Source: Candidatus Moraniibacteriota bacterium
Lineage (GTDB): Bacteria; Patescibacteriota; Minisyncoccia; Moranbacterales; GCA-2747515
Length of the DNA stretch: 64,000 bases
Direction: 5' to 3'
Assembly: GCA_038208115.1 (NCBI GenBank)
Contig: JBBQZC010000002.1
Coordinates: 55,233 to 119,232 of the forward strand
The stretch's first letter is position 1. The number at the start of each line of letters is the position of its first letter. This document shows, piece by piece, positions 31,203-40,346 of this stretch. The notes beneath the pieces are model-generated. The model was not told the DNA's origin. It worked only from the letters and a program-made list of their open reading frames with translations, and did not search any database. The position numbers and the translations under genes are program-made.

Positions 31203-31898
31203 TTAACGAAAATAATTTTTAAAATCCATCAAGCACTGTGGACAAAATGGCTGACCTGTCCTTATGCGATCATTTGAATACTGGATCCAATCACGCGGTA
31301 CAGATAAGCCTTGGCGCATGATACACCGACACGTGCAGTGACGTCCAAGACTTTCTATGACATCATCAGTACGCATTTCTGGCACAAGTCCAAAAACATG
31401 TCCCATCTCATGCAACACCTCAGATTCGATGCATTGTGACCGCAACGGCTCAGCTAAATCGAGAAATCGATTGATCGACATAACTGTCCCAAATCCCTTT
31501 ATCGCAGACCCGATGACAAAATTGCATCCCTCATCATATATATCACTATTCAAGATCATGACATCATAATGCGACATCGATTCCTGCCATGGCTCTTGCC
31601 ATAGCTGCATGAAGATCTCACGCACATAAACCTGATGCTGATTCCGACTTGCCTGAAATCCTTTAGCAATATACCAATCAACACTTCGATACGGCACATA
31701 AAATCCATTGCTTTTGGTATGCCCGTCTGGATGTCGCCATATACCAGCACTGATAACACGAATTACCCGATTAACTCCAGCATAACGTAGCACAGCACCA
31801 ATTGCATGTAAGACGATTTTCATATGCGCACTGCTCATATTTTCTTCAAAAGTCACGATGATTGGTCTATACAGATTTGAAATGTTAGCCATAACCAC
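31203..31898 (-). CDS. archaemetzincin-like zinc metallopeptidase (peptidase M54)
   Basis: 231 aa; HEMGHVFGL then GRHCTCRCIM...CPQC: HExxHxxGxxH-like zinc site plus Cys4 cluster as in AmzA; GGGGAG SD 8 nt upstream. Confidence 0.65.
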   Translation of the reverse strand: MVMANISNLYRPIIVTFEENMSSAHMKIVLHAIGAVLRYAGVNRVIRVISAGIWRHPDGHTKSNGFYVPYRSVDWYIAKGFQASRNQHQVYVREIFMQLWQEPWQESMSHYDVMILNSDIYDEGCNFVIGSAIKGFGTVMSINRFLDLAEPLRSQCIESEVLHEMGHVFGLVPEMRTDDVIESLGRHCTCRCIMRQGLSVPRDWIQYSNDRIRTGQPFCPQCLMDFKNYFR

Positions 31899-32047
31899 TC
31901 TCCCCTAATATTATGTTTGAAAATGAACATTAAATTTTTATAAATACCTGACGACGTGCCAATATATTTAACCTCGAATTATATATTTTTTGATAAATTC
32001 TGTCAATTGTTATTTACAGTATACAAGAAGATATGAAATCCATCCCT

Positions 32048-32075
32048 TTACAAATTACTCAAAACATTGTATAAT
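32048..32075 (+). promoter_or_regulatory. putative sigma70 promoter for the ATP-grasp gene
   Basis: TTACAA (32048-32053), 16 nt, TATAAT (32070-32075). Confidence 0.35.
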
Positions 32076-32180
32076 TAATTACTTTCCTCACTGTAAGACA
32101 AAAGATCTCCTCTCATATGCATTTAAGCATAATGAAAAGATCGTCACGCAAGAGGTTTTAATTAAATAAACCTTTGTCCT

Positions 32181-33053
32181 ATGTCTGAAAAAATATTTAC
32201 TTTACTAAGCATTCCTACTGTCAAAAACACTCAACAAGTTGTAAAAAAATTTCCTTTTCCCATAAATCTTACGCGAGGTGCCTATCGCGATATTGAGATC
32301 ATCATTTATAAAGGGGACGTTCAGATTTTTCATAAAGGAGTCAATACAAGCGACTTTTCCTTTGTTTGGCTCAGCTCAGGATGGACACAACGAGATCTCG
32401 CCTATGCCCTAAATCTGTATTTTAATTATACAAATACACCTCATTCATACGTAGAAAAAAGCACATCAAAAGTAACGGATTGTGTTGTTTTTGGTCTCAA
32501 TGATCTTCCTATGCCAGATACTGTATTTGTCAGTCGCGCGAATGTTGAGCAAAATATTCCACTCATTAAAAGAGTGTGTGGATTTCCGCTTATTGTAAAA
32601 GATATTAGAGGTTCACAAGGTAAAGATTCTGTATATATAGCAACTGAATTGGAGCTCATGGAAAAAATGACACACCTACCAAAAAGTAAAAAATTCCTAT
32701 TTCAACGTTTCATACCAAATGATTATGATTGGGGCATCATGATCGCAAATGGTGTTGTTGTTGCAGGTGAAAAGAGCTATCCAACAAATGGGGAATTTAG
32801 AAATAATACATGCAATGGTGCTGCTGAATGCTTTGTTGATATCGCAGAAATACCAGATGAAATCAAAAACATCGCAATCAAAGCCAGTGGACTCCTCGGA
32901 TTATCTTGGTCTCGCGCAGATATCATCATTAATAAACAAACAGGTTTGCCATATCTACTCGAAGTGAATAGGTTCCCTGGTATCACTTCTAAATCCAATG
33001 AAGTCCAAGGTGCGTATACATTCTTGGCTTCACACATATTATCAACTTCATAA
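32181..33053 (+). CDS. RimK-family ATP-grasp ligase (alpha-L-glutamate ligase-like)
   Basis: 290 aa; PLIVKDIRGSQGKDSVYIA...FLFQRFIP...DWGIMIANGVVVAGEKSYPTNGEFRNNTCNGAAE...LGLSWSRADIIINKQTGLPYLLEVNRFPG aligns with RimK (DIRVLVIGG...GDFRSN..GG...LDVAGVDIL...GPLVMEVNASPG). Confidence 0.75.
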   Translation: MSEKIFTLLSIPTVKNTQQVVKKFPFPINLTRGAYRDIEIIIYKGDVQIFHKGVNTSDFSFVWLSSGWTQRDLAYALNLYFNYTNTPHSYVEKSTSKVTDCVVFGLNDLPMPDTVFVSRANVEQNIPLIKRVCGFPLIVKDIRGSQGKDSVYIATELELMEKMTHLPKSKKFLFQRFIPNDYDWGIMIANGVVVAGEKSYPTNGEFRNNTCNGAAECFVDIAEIPDEIKNIAIKASGLLGLSWSRADIIINKQTGLPYLLEVNRFPGITSKSNEVQGAYTFLASHILSTS

Positions 33054-33064
33054 ATACCAAATTT

Positions 33065-33102
33065 AAAAAAAGTCATCAGTTTTATGCTAATGACTTTTTT
33101 TC
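33065..33102. terminator. bidirectional terminator between convergent genes
   Basis: AAAAAAAGTCAT...ATGACTTTTTTT palindrome (GTCAT/ATGAC core) with an A-run and a T-run. Confidence 0.55.
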
Positions 33103-33123
33103 TTTAGGTTATTTCCAATTTTG

Positions 33124-34218
33124 CTAGTAAGAAGGAATTGAAACACCAGGCACTTTGACAGTTGGGCTACCACTCCCCTTTGTATTAACCTTGACATCTC
33201 CTGCATCGACAGATGCACCAGATTTGTTAGTATTTACATTTACATTTCCGGTATTCACATTTACACCATCGCCAGAAATATCAACGCTCACATTACCTGT
33301 ATTGACTTTCACGCCCATACTATTCACTACAACACCAAAATCGTTTGCATTGTTCACTGAGTAATATTGCCCTCCAGCACATTTCGATATTGAGCTTAAC
33401 TGTGTTGCTACAGCACCCGTGACATTCAATCCAATCACATCTACTACTATTCCTGATGATTTCAACCCGCATGCATATGCAACAGGATCGCCACCACACG
33501 TTTCCTCACCATCACTAAGTAATACAATATATTTTTTTCCTGTCGCATTACTCTTTTGCAATATATCGTTTGCTCTCTGTAAAGACGCTGTAATAGGAGT
33601 CCATCCATTTGGATTTAACACATTGACTTTTGACGTAATGAGGGATGCATTGACTGGTCCCATATAATAAATCTCCTCTATACCACTACATGATACCGCC
33701 TTACCTGCTTGCGTGTTATTTCCTTTGTGTCCGTATGCGACAACGCTCAAGTTCACATCACCTTCTAATTTTTGAACATAATCAGCTACTGCTTTTTTCG
33801 CAATATCGATTCGACTGACACCTCCAACCTTCTCAGCCATACTGCCAGATGCATCAAATACCAAAACCGTATTCACACTTGCCGTTGGAGACACTTCACT
33901 CGTAGCACTACCAGTAGACCCATTAGTTTGAACTTTTACATTTCCACCATTGACATCTACACCTATCCCGTCCATGTCAACATTCACGCCATTACCGCTC
34001 GTGTCCACACTCAGTCCATCCATGTCAACATTTGCGCCGCCACTACCCGTCTTAACATTCACCCCATCTGCATTAACTTCCACTCCATTTGGTCCAACTT
34101 TTACACTTGGTACATTTTTTTTATACATCATGTAGCCAGCACCTACTGCTGTCAAGCCGAGTATTGCAACGATTGCAACGATTGCACCAGCTTGTATCAC
34201 ACCTTTCTTGTTTTTCAT
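33124..34218 (-). CDS. membrane-anchored VWA domain protein, paralog 2, with N- and C-terminal GVNV-type repeat modules
   Basis: 364 aa; TM; N-terminal KVGPNGVEVNADGVNVKTG...GVNVDMDG repeats; VWA core VLVFDASGSMAEK...SRIDIAKKA...NGWTPITASL...LLSDGEETC; C-terminal GNVSVDISGDGVNVNTGNVNVNT repeats. Confidence 0.8.
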   Translation of the reverse strand: MKNKKGVIQAGAIVAIVAILGLTAVGAGYMMYKKNVPSVKVGPNGVEVNADGVNVKTGSGGANVDMDGLSVDTSGNGVNVDMDGIGVDVNGGNVKVQTNGSTGSATSEVSPTASVNTVLVFDASGSMAEKVGGVSRIDIAKKAVADYVQKLEGDVNLSVVAYGHKGNNTQAGKAVSCSGIEEIYYMGPVNASLITSKVNVLNPNGWTPITASLQRANDILQKSNATGKKYIVLLSDGEETCGGDPVAYACGLKSSGIVVDVIGLNVTGAVATQLSSISKCAGGQYYSVNNANDFGVVVNSMGVKVNTGNVSVDISGDGVNVNTGNVNVNTNKSGASVDAGDVKVNTKGSGSPTVKVPGVSIPSY

Positions 34219-34255
34219 TTTTTTTATTTAATATTTAAAATACTGTTCATAATAA

Positions 34256-34558
34256 TTACATATCAACTTCTACGCCATTTGCTCCAGTTTTTACATCCAC
34301 ATTTCCTGTGTTCACACGCACACCATCGTCATTTGTTTGTACTGTTGTTGTGTCAGTTATTTCCGCACCCATCTGTGCACCATTATTATTACCTGTTTGA
34401 ATTTTTACACCATTTGTGTTAACGCTCGTTCCATCTGGTCCAACTTTTACACTGGTCGATCCACTTTTATTTGCTTCACAGCCAAAGCCAATCATACAGA
34501 AAAGAATTACAACTGCAACCACTGTGAAAGATTGCATTGATTTTTTTTCATTTTTCAT
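34256..34558 (-). CDS. small lipoprotein of GVNV-type repeats (paralog of the N-terminal module of the adjacent VWA protein)
   Basis: 100 aa; LFCMIGFGC lipobox; STSVKVGPDGTSVNTNGVKIQTG...GVRVNTGNVDVKTGANGVEVDM; shares the MKN[KE]KK start and about 25 bp of upstream DNA with the gene at 33124-34218. Confidence 0.55.
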   Translation of the reverse strand: MKNEKKSMQSFTVVAVVILFCMIGFGCEANKSGSTSVKVGPDGTSVNTNGVKIQTGNNNGAQMGAEITDTTTVQTNDDGVRVNTGNVDVKTGANGVEVDM

Positions 34559-34655
34559 TTTTTTTATTTAAAATTTACACATATTAATTATAATATAAAA
34601 TATGATATTAATCAAAATTATTTATTTTATTTGTACAAAAAATTAAAACTTTCAA

Positions 34656-35231
34656 TCACGATCTTTGATTCATTACTATTTTACCAGTGATCTGCATATT
34701 GTCTTTTTCATCTACATCATCTGCTACCATATCATCAGAATTGTTTGTCTTTCTTAATTGTTTATATGACAAAATGTCTTCTTCCATTTGATCAGCACCT
34801 GATTTCGCCTTGATTGTCATTTGTCCTCCTAGTCCTTCTTTAGGAATCTCCATCATCGCGCCAATACCTCCATCTGGTATTATCATTGCAGCAACATTTT
34901 TACTCGAGGCAAAAGCTGGTGCTGCAGCAAGCGTTACGAGAAACCCAACAACTAATTGAGCAGCTTTTCTTTTACTCCATTTCAAAACAGTAGTTGCATA
35001 ACTCGTCAACGGCTCCATATTTCCCTTTTGCATTTCACTTTTTACTTCATCTGGTACTTGTTCAAATATTCTTTTAAATTCTTCCAACGTAGCAGAATCA
35101 ATTCCGTCAAACAAGAGTTCATAATTTTTATTTAATTGCTCAGGATTTGTGGATAGATTAAACCCTTCGACAAATCTTTCATTAGCGTGACTGATTTCTT
35201 CAGAGTTGTTCTTCTCTTCAAATGCACACAT
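34656..35231 (-). CDS. hypothetical protein with an internal hydrophobic segment
   Basis: 191-aa ORF; no motif recognised. Confidence 0.4.
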   Translation of the reverse strand: MCAFEEKNNSEEISHANERFVEGFNLSTNPEQLNKNYELLFDGIDSATLEEFKRIFEQVPDEVKSEMQKGNMEPLTSYATTVLKWSKRKAAQLVVGFLVTLAAAPAFASSKNVAAMIIPDGGIGAMMEIPKEGLGGQMTIKAKSGADQMEEDILSYKQLRKTNNSDDMVADDVDEKDNMQITGKIVMNQRS

Positions 35232-35401
35232 ATCGAATTTCGCAAAAATAGTTATTAAATATATTATATCATAATTTTTCCAATTACTAACAAATTATAC
35301 AAATCTCATAGCAGCAATCGAGTGTCAAAGTTTTTTTTGAAATATAAAGGACTTTTCGATTGTATTAGTAATGTAATTGGCATAATTAACTTATAAGAAC
35401 T

Positions 35402-35548
35402 ATGTGGGCAATAATTGCGACTCTATTTATACTCTGGCTATTGGGATTAATCACCTCCAATACACTTGGCGGATTTGTTCACATTCTGATAATTATTGCC
35501 ATTATCTTAATAATTATACGCATGTTACAAGGTCGTGATCTCATGTGA
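35402..35548 (+). CDS. lmo0937-family small membrane protein (48 aa)
   Basis: MWAIIATLFILWLLGLITSNTLGGFVHILIIIAIILIIIRMLQGRDLM matches the family layout (W..I..L.LWLLG......GG.IH.LL..A....I..L..GR); shorter than the 60-aa ORF-track cutoff. Confidence 0.55.
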   Translation: MWAIIATLFILWLLGLITSNTLGGFVHILIIIAIILIIIRMLQGRDLM

Positions 35549-35591
35549 AGAAAAACTGATTGCATAATTATATTTTTAAAAATGTACATAT

Positions 35592-35942
35592 ATGGATTCA
35601 TTTAATTCTCCCAGCACAAAACCATTATACCGAGGAACACAAATTGTTTGGTATATTTTAAGTATTGTTGAAGTATTGCTCGTTTTTCGATTCGTTTTGA
35701 AATTGTTAGGCGCAAATCCTGCTGCTGGATTTACAAGTTTTATCTATGGAATAACGCACTTCTTTGTTGCTCCTTTTCTTACTGTATTTCGCATTTCTCA
35801 GGTCTCGGGTAATATTTTTGAATGGACTACACTTTTGGCGATGTTTGTATACTGGATTTTAGCCATCGCCATCATCAAATTATTCCTTATGGGAAAAACC
35901 GTTTCCACTACAGAAGCAGCAACTGAACTAAACAATCAATAA
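35592..35942 (+). CDS. YggT-family membrane protein
   Basis: 116 aa; VEVLLVFRFVLKLLGANPAAGFTSFIYGITHFFVAPF typical YggT segment. Confidence 0.6.
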   Translation: MDSFNSPSTKPLYRGTQIVWYILSIVEVLLVFRFVLKLLGANPAAGFTSFIYGITHFFVAPFLTVFRISQVSGNIFEWTTLLAMFVYWILAIAIIKLFLMGKTVSTTEAATELNNQ

Positions 35943-35961
35943 TTACTAATCACACAAATAT

Positions 35962-36201
35962 ATGGGAATTATCTTATGGATCATTTTTGGAGCAATTGTA
36001 GGATGGATTGCTTCCACAATCATGGGGACGAACGAGGGTTTAATTTTGGATATTATTTTAGGTGTTGTAGGTGCTGTTTTGGGGGGATGGCTCATGGACT
36101 TTTTTGGCAAAGGCGGTGTCTCTGGTTTTAATCTGTATAGTTTTTTAGTAGCTATACTTGGAGCAGTGGTTCTCATTGCTATTGTCAAAGCCATACGTTA
36201 A
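35962..36201 (+). CDS. GlsB/YeaQ/YmgE-family stress-response membrane protein
   Basis: 79 aa; MGIILWIIFGAIVGWIASTIMGTNEGLILDIILGVVGAVLGGWL typical of the transglycosylase-associated protein family. Confidence 0.75.
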   Translation: MGIILWIIFGAIVGWIASTIMGTNEGLILDIILGVVGAVLGGWLMDFFGKGGVSGFNLYSFLVAILGAVVLIAIVKAIR

Positions 36202-36215
36202 GCCACTTTTTTTCA

Positions 36216-36262
36216 ATAAAAAGACGTTAGCAATAATACTACATTGTTAACGTCTTTATTTA
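36216..36262. terminator. bidirectional terminator between convergent genes
   Basis: Stem AAAGACGTTA/TAACGTCTTT with an inner GCAAT/ATTGT extension; A-run before and TTTATTT after. Confidence 0.6.
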
Positions 36263-36263
36263 G

Positions 36264-36785
36264 TTAATCAGGCCAACCCTGCATTTGCAGTTTCCTCGAT
36301 TTTTCCCTTATACTCTCTGCCATTTTACGACGATGCCCAGCCAATTTATCGCTTAAGTCAACATCACCACCAGCTGCAAGAATTTGTATTGCCAAATATG
36401 CTGCATTGTCCGCACAATCGATAGCAACCGTCGCTACAGGAATTCCTGACGGCATTTGTACTGTTGCCAAAAGCGCATCTAGACCATCAAGTTTCGAACT
36501 CGAAAGCGGAACACCAATGACTGGCTGTATCGTGTGAGCAGCAATTGCACCAGCGAGATGTGCCGCCCACCCAGCGCCAGCGATGAATACTCTGCATCCA
36601 CGCTTTTTCCACGCATCAACAATCCTCACCAAATCTTCTGGGGTACGATGTGCTGAGCAAATTGTCGCAGCATACGGCACTTTAAAATTCTCAAGCACAT
36701 CTTTAGCCTTGCTCATTATCATTGCATCATTATCACTACCCATAACGATACCCACTAAAATTGGACTCATGTTTTTTTCACTCAC
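36264..36785 (-). CDS. purE: 5-(carboxyamino)imidazole ribonucleotide mutase PurE
   Basis: [17 protein letters not shown]...AHRTPEDL...[27 protein letters not shown]; probable GTG start at 36785 with AGGAGGAG SD 7-8 nt upstream (ORF frame is open to 36821). Confidence 0.9.
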   Translation of the reverse strand: MSEKNMSPILVGIVMGSDNDAMIMSKAKDVLENFKVPYAATICSAHRTPEDLVRIVDAWKKRGCRVFIAGAGWAAHLAGAIAAHTIQPVIGVPLSSSKLDGLDALLATVQMPSGIPVATVAIDCADNAAYLAIQILAAGGDVDLSDKLAGHRRKMAESIREKSRKLQMQGWPD

Positions 36786-37095
36786 TTTTGCTCCTCCTGA
36801 GTTAGGTTTTATCAATTTCACGTTTCAAAAATGATTTTTTGCCTCATTTATCCTTTTTACCGTCACTACACACTTTTTGTATTGTTGATTAATATATGAC
36901 ATCGTAATGATTTAGCGTATACAATCTTATTTAAAATAACAATCTGTAAAAAGCGGTCTTTTATCATAACAGAAATGTATTATTATGCAATGTTTCCATC
37001 AAAAAGATTTATTTATCTAAATCTTTGTTTTTTCGCAAAATAGACTATAATACTAATATAATCAAAATTATCTATTCATCCATTAAAATACGCCA

Positions 37096-37950
37096 ATGGG
37101 TTTCGAAAATTACTCGATGAACAATGACCTCAGAAAGAAAGCTCTAGAATTAGAAGAGCAAAATGCACAAATTGAAGCTATGCCACATGGTGCTGAAAGA
37201 GAAATTCAAATCACACAAGCTGATCAGCTCAATACAGAGCTCGATAGGTTAGAAAAATTGACCGGCGCTTCTGGTGAGGAAATTTTAAAAGAGTATGAAA
37301 AATTAAACATAGAAATGGCAAGACAAGGGATTGATACACTATTGAAAGAATTACGACTTATGTGCACTGAAGAAGAAAGAGCTGCCTTAGGGGAAGAAAT
37401 GAATAGTGGTAATCTTGATACACTTTTAGCTACAGTAAAAAAATATTTTCCTATTCGCGCCATATTTATTACTGCTTGCGTACTCGTGATCACATCAAGT
37501 ACATGGGCAAAAAATGCATCGGCAAATCAAACAGGAGAGCATATTGTGTCTGCATCTCATATTTCACTAAAAGTAGAGAATGTGAATACTAAGAAAGAAA
37601 TGAGCGTTCTGGCAGAAGCAGAGATTATGGTACAAGATGCAAATAACAAAGCAAAAGATGTAATCAATAATGTGGAAGGATTTATCAAATCATTAGCACA
37701 AAAAGAGATTATCGATGAAGTCGCTAAAAATAGTGATGGAATTATTGCATATTTAAATAACACATCATCTGAACTGCCTGCACTCAATGGCCGTGCAGCT
37801 GATTTGATTAATGTCTACACAGACGCTGTTAAAAGAATTGATAGTCTCGGCAATGAAAAAGCATCACAAAAAATTAGAGCACAACTTATCAAAAAAATTG
37901 AAATTGTTGCTTCGTTAGATTATGCAGAGATCAAAAAAGCTCTATCGTGA
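37096..37950 (+). CDS. hypothetical coiled-coil protein with a central TM segment
   Basis: 284-aa ORF; no motif recognised. Confidence 0.45.
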   Translation: MGFENYSMNNDLRKKALELEEQNAQIEAMPHGAEREIQITQADQLNTELDRLEKLTGASGEEILKEYEKLNIEMARQGIDTLLKELRLMCTEEERAALGEEMNSGNLDTLLATVKKYFPIRAIFITACVLVITSSTWAKNASANQTGEHIVSASHISLKVENVNTKKEMSVLAEAEIMVQDANNKAKDVINNVEGFIKSLAQKEIIDEVAKNSDGIIAYLNNTSSELPALNGRAADLINVYTDAVKRIDSLGNEKASQKIRAQLIKKIEIVASLDYAEIKKALS

Positions 37951-37976
37951 TTTTCTCTATAAATTGAATTAAAAAC

Positions 37977-38005
37977 TGCCGATACGTATTCGTATCGGCA
38001 ATATT
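37977..38005. terminator. bidirectional terminator
   Basis: Perfect 10-bp stem TGCCGATACG/CGTATCGGCA, loop TATT; T-rich tracts on both strands. Confidence 0.65.
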
Positions 38006-38015
38006 TCTTCACATA

Positions 38016-38172
38016 TTATGTGAGAGGCGTATCACTGATCCAGCGCTTACATTCCTTACATTCTCTTCTCTCAAAAGAGAATTTGTGTCCAAACTCATTT
38101 TCAGCCTGAATGACGGTTATTTCCGTTTTATCATGACTGCACGCAACATGATTACAACTACACATCTTCATG
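38016..38172 (-). CDS. small Cys-rich (zinc-ribbon-like) protein, 51 aa
   Basis: ATG at 38170-38172 with GGAGGA SD 6 nt upstream; MKMCSCNHVACSHDKTEITVIQAENEFGHKFSFERRECKECKRW...; CxC...C-H and CxxC pairs. Confidence 0.45.
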
Positions 38173-38281
38173 ACAGATCCTCCTCATTTTTTTGCAATTA
38201 AAAAACAACTAAAAACCTTCTAACACCATAGCAATTATTGCACCTCATCGTCAAATATTGAATTCAAAATGAAATTCTTAT

Positions 38282-38836
38282 CTAGTTTGGAAGATATACC
38301 TTTTTGTAGGTGTAACTTGCGATAACTCTCGTAGCCACGCGCATCGCTACAAATGTCATAAGGATCGTAAATGACGAAAGATTAGTAATAGCCGCAATCA
38401 ATAATATGAATGCGGATAGAGCAACCTCAACAACATTTGTGAGCATCCATGTATCAATATATTTTCTGTAAAACTTGGTTGGATGATATTCAATTTTTGA
38501 GCTATACAACCACAGAAAGTCCAGAATTTTGATCAATCCAAAAGCCATTATGAAATATATGACAAGATTTTGTGTGGAATAAATATATAGAAATAATGCA
38601 AAGCAAATCGCCAAATCCAAAAAGACATCAACTTCTTTTTTAGGGGGCCATTTTTTCAATGTGGGTCCATAATCGATCCAATAATCAGTCACATCAAGAT
38701 ATGCAAAAATAAACGCGATGTATTGCCAGGGTTCGTGCAAATTTTCCCACCACTGAAATCCCAATCCTAGGACAATACCAATCATGATGTCAATAAATTT
38801 GATGCTGAAATTTTTTATTTCTATTTTTTTCATCAT
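38282..38836 (-). CDS. hypothetical polytopic membrane protein
   Basis: 184-aa ORF with 5 hydrophobic helices. Confidence 0.45.
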   Translation of the reverse strand: MMKKIEIKNFSIKFIDIMIGIVLGLGFQWWENLHEPWQYIAFIFAYLDVTDYWIDYGPTLKKWPPKKEVDVFLDLAICFALFLYIYSTQNLVIYFIMAFGLIKILDFLWLYSSKIEYHPTKFYRKYIDTWMLTNVVEVALSAFILLIAAITNLSSFTILMTFVAMRVATRVIASYTYKKVYLPN

Positions 38837-38995
38837 GAATCAATTATACCACAACTGCACTTTTCTCTTTTACGATTATTAATTCTAAAAATATTCTATT
38901 GATAAAAATAATAGCAGCAAACAGAAATGACTTACTAAACACTGTAAATATTTTACTTACTGAGAGTTGCGACTCCTTGAACACAATGTATTAAA

Positions 38996-39036
38996 ATTTA
39001 AAAGGAATTCCTCATTTTAAGAAATTCCTTTTTGTC
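38996..39036 (-). terminator. rho-independent terminator downstream of purD
   Basis: Perfect 9-bp stem AAAGGAATT/AATTCCTTT (39001-39009 / 39023-39031); T-tracts on both sides. Confidence 0.65.
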
Positions 39037-39065
39037 ACATGACACCAACTAGATGTTAAAATCTT

Positions 39066-40346
39066 TCATCGTCCAATTGCGCGGTCTGCGATATCGCTCC
39101 TGTAAAACAAACCGGCACTCTTGATTTCGCCAACTGCCTGATATGCATTTTGCTGCGCGTGCGTAAAATCTTTTCCCAAAGCAGTTACGCCGAGCACTCG
39201 ACCACCTGAGGATACGAGATTGCACTGTGCATCCAACGTTGTACCGGCGTGAAAAACCATTGCACCTGTTTCTTCTGCCTGTTTGATGCCATCGATTGAG
39301 ATGCCTTTTTCGTAAGACCCCGGATACCCTTCTGCAACCATTACAACACATACTGCTGGTTGTGGATTCCATTTGATCTCACACTCGTCCAACTTACCTC
39401 TTGACGCAAACGACATGAGAGTAATCAAATCAGTCTCCATACGGGCCAATATTGGTTGCGTTTCTGGATCACCTAAGCGTACATTGAATTCAAGCACCCA
39501 TGGCTTTCCATCAGAATCAATCATGATGCCGGCATACAAAAATCCCGTGAACTGACACCCCTCTTCTTCCATGGCCGCCACGGTTGGGTAAATGATCTGA
39601 TTGAGAATTCGCTTTTCCATCTCTGGAGTGACGACTGGAGCAGGTGAATATGCACCCATACCTCCAGTGTTCGGACCGATATCACCGTCACTGCGACGCT
39701 TATGGTCTTGTGATGATGCAAGTGGCAAAACGTTGCCATTATAATCCACCATCACAATATACGATGCTTCTTCGCCTTGCAAAAATTCCTCGATCACAAC
39801 ACTTGCGCCGGCAATACCAAACTGACGATCCACCATAATCTCTTGGATTGCCACAATGGATTCATTGAAACTATTGCAAATGAAGACACCTTTCCCTGCA
39901 GCGAGACCATCTGCTTTGATGACTATTGGAAAGATATTGTGATCCTTCACATATCGCTCTGCTCTTTCAGGGTCAGTGAATCTTTCATATTTTGCTGAAG
40001 GGATGCCATATTTTCTTAGAATATTTTTCGTAAACGACTTTGATCCCTCAAGCATAGCAGCTTTGGCATTTGGTCCAAAGATCATTAAGCCATTTTGCCT
40101 GAATGCATCGACGATGCCACGTGTGAGTGGCTCTTCCGGGCCTACGATGGTTAGATCGATTTTTTCTTTTTTTACAAAATCGATCAGTGCAGCAAAATCA
40201 TTTGGATTGATGTCCACATTTGTTGCAATTTGATTCGTGCCCGCATTACCTGGAGCACAAAACACTGTTTTAACAAAAAACGATTGTGCGATTTTCCATG
40301 CTAATGCATGTTCCCTCCCACCACTGCCAATCACTAATACATTCAT
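39066..40346 (-). CDS. purD: phosphoribosylamine--glycine ligase PurD
   Basis: MNVLVIGSGGREHALAWK N-terminus, ATP-grasp core, GPNTGGMGAYSPAP; GGAGGG SD 8 nt upstream of ATG 40346 (ORF open to 40430). Confidence 0.9.
   Translation of the reverse strand: MNVLVIGSGGREHALAWKIAQSFFVKTVFCAPGNAGTNQIATNVDINPNDFAALIDFVKKEKIDLTIVGPEEPLTRGIVDAFRQNGLMIFGPNAKAAMLEGSKSFTKNILRKYGIPSAKYERFTDPERAERYVKDHNIFPIVIKADGLAAGKGVFICNSFNESIVAIQEIMVDRQFGIAGASVVIEEFLQGEEASYIVMVDYNGNVLPLASSQDHKRRSDGDIGPNTGGMGAYSPAPVVTPEMEKRILNQIIYPTVAAMEEEGCQFTGFLYAGIMIDSDGKPWVLEFNVRLGDPETQPILARMETDLITLMSFASRGKLDECEIKWNPQPAVCVVMVAEGYPGSYEKGISIDGIKQAEETGAMVFHAGTTLDAQCNLVSSGGRVLGVTALGKDFTHAQQNAYQAVGEIKSAGLFYRSDIADRAIGR

Noticed and set aside
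29168-34558. Diversity-generating retroelement (variable repeats in VWA/GVNV proteins)
   Set aside because: No reverse transcriptase gene and no template/variable nucleotide repeat pair. The similarity between paralogs is at diverged protein level only.
36786-37095. Purine or ZTP riboswitch upstream of purE and purD
   Set aside because: No match to the conserved cores (U-rich junctions and P2/P3 loops, or GGCGG...CCGCCUGGGC) was visible in either leader.
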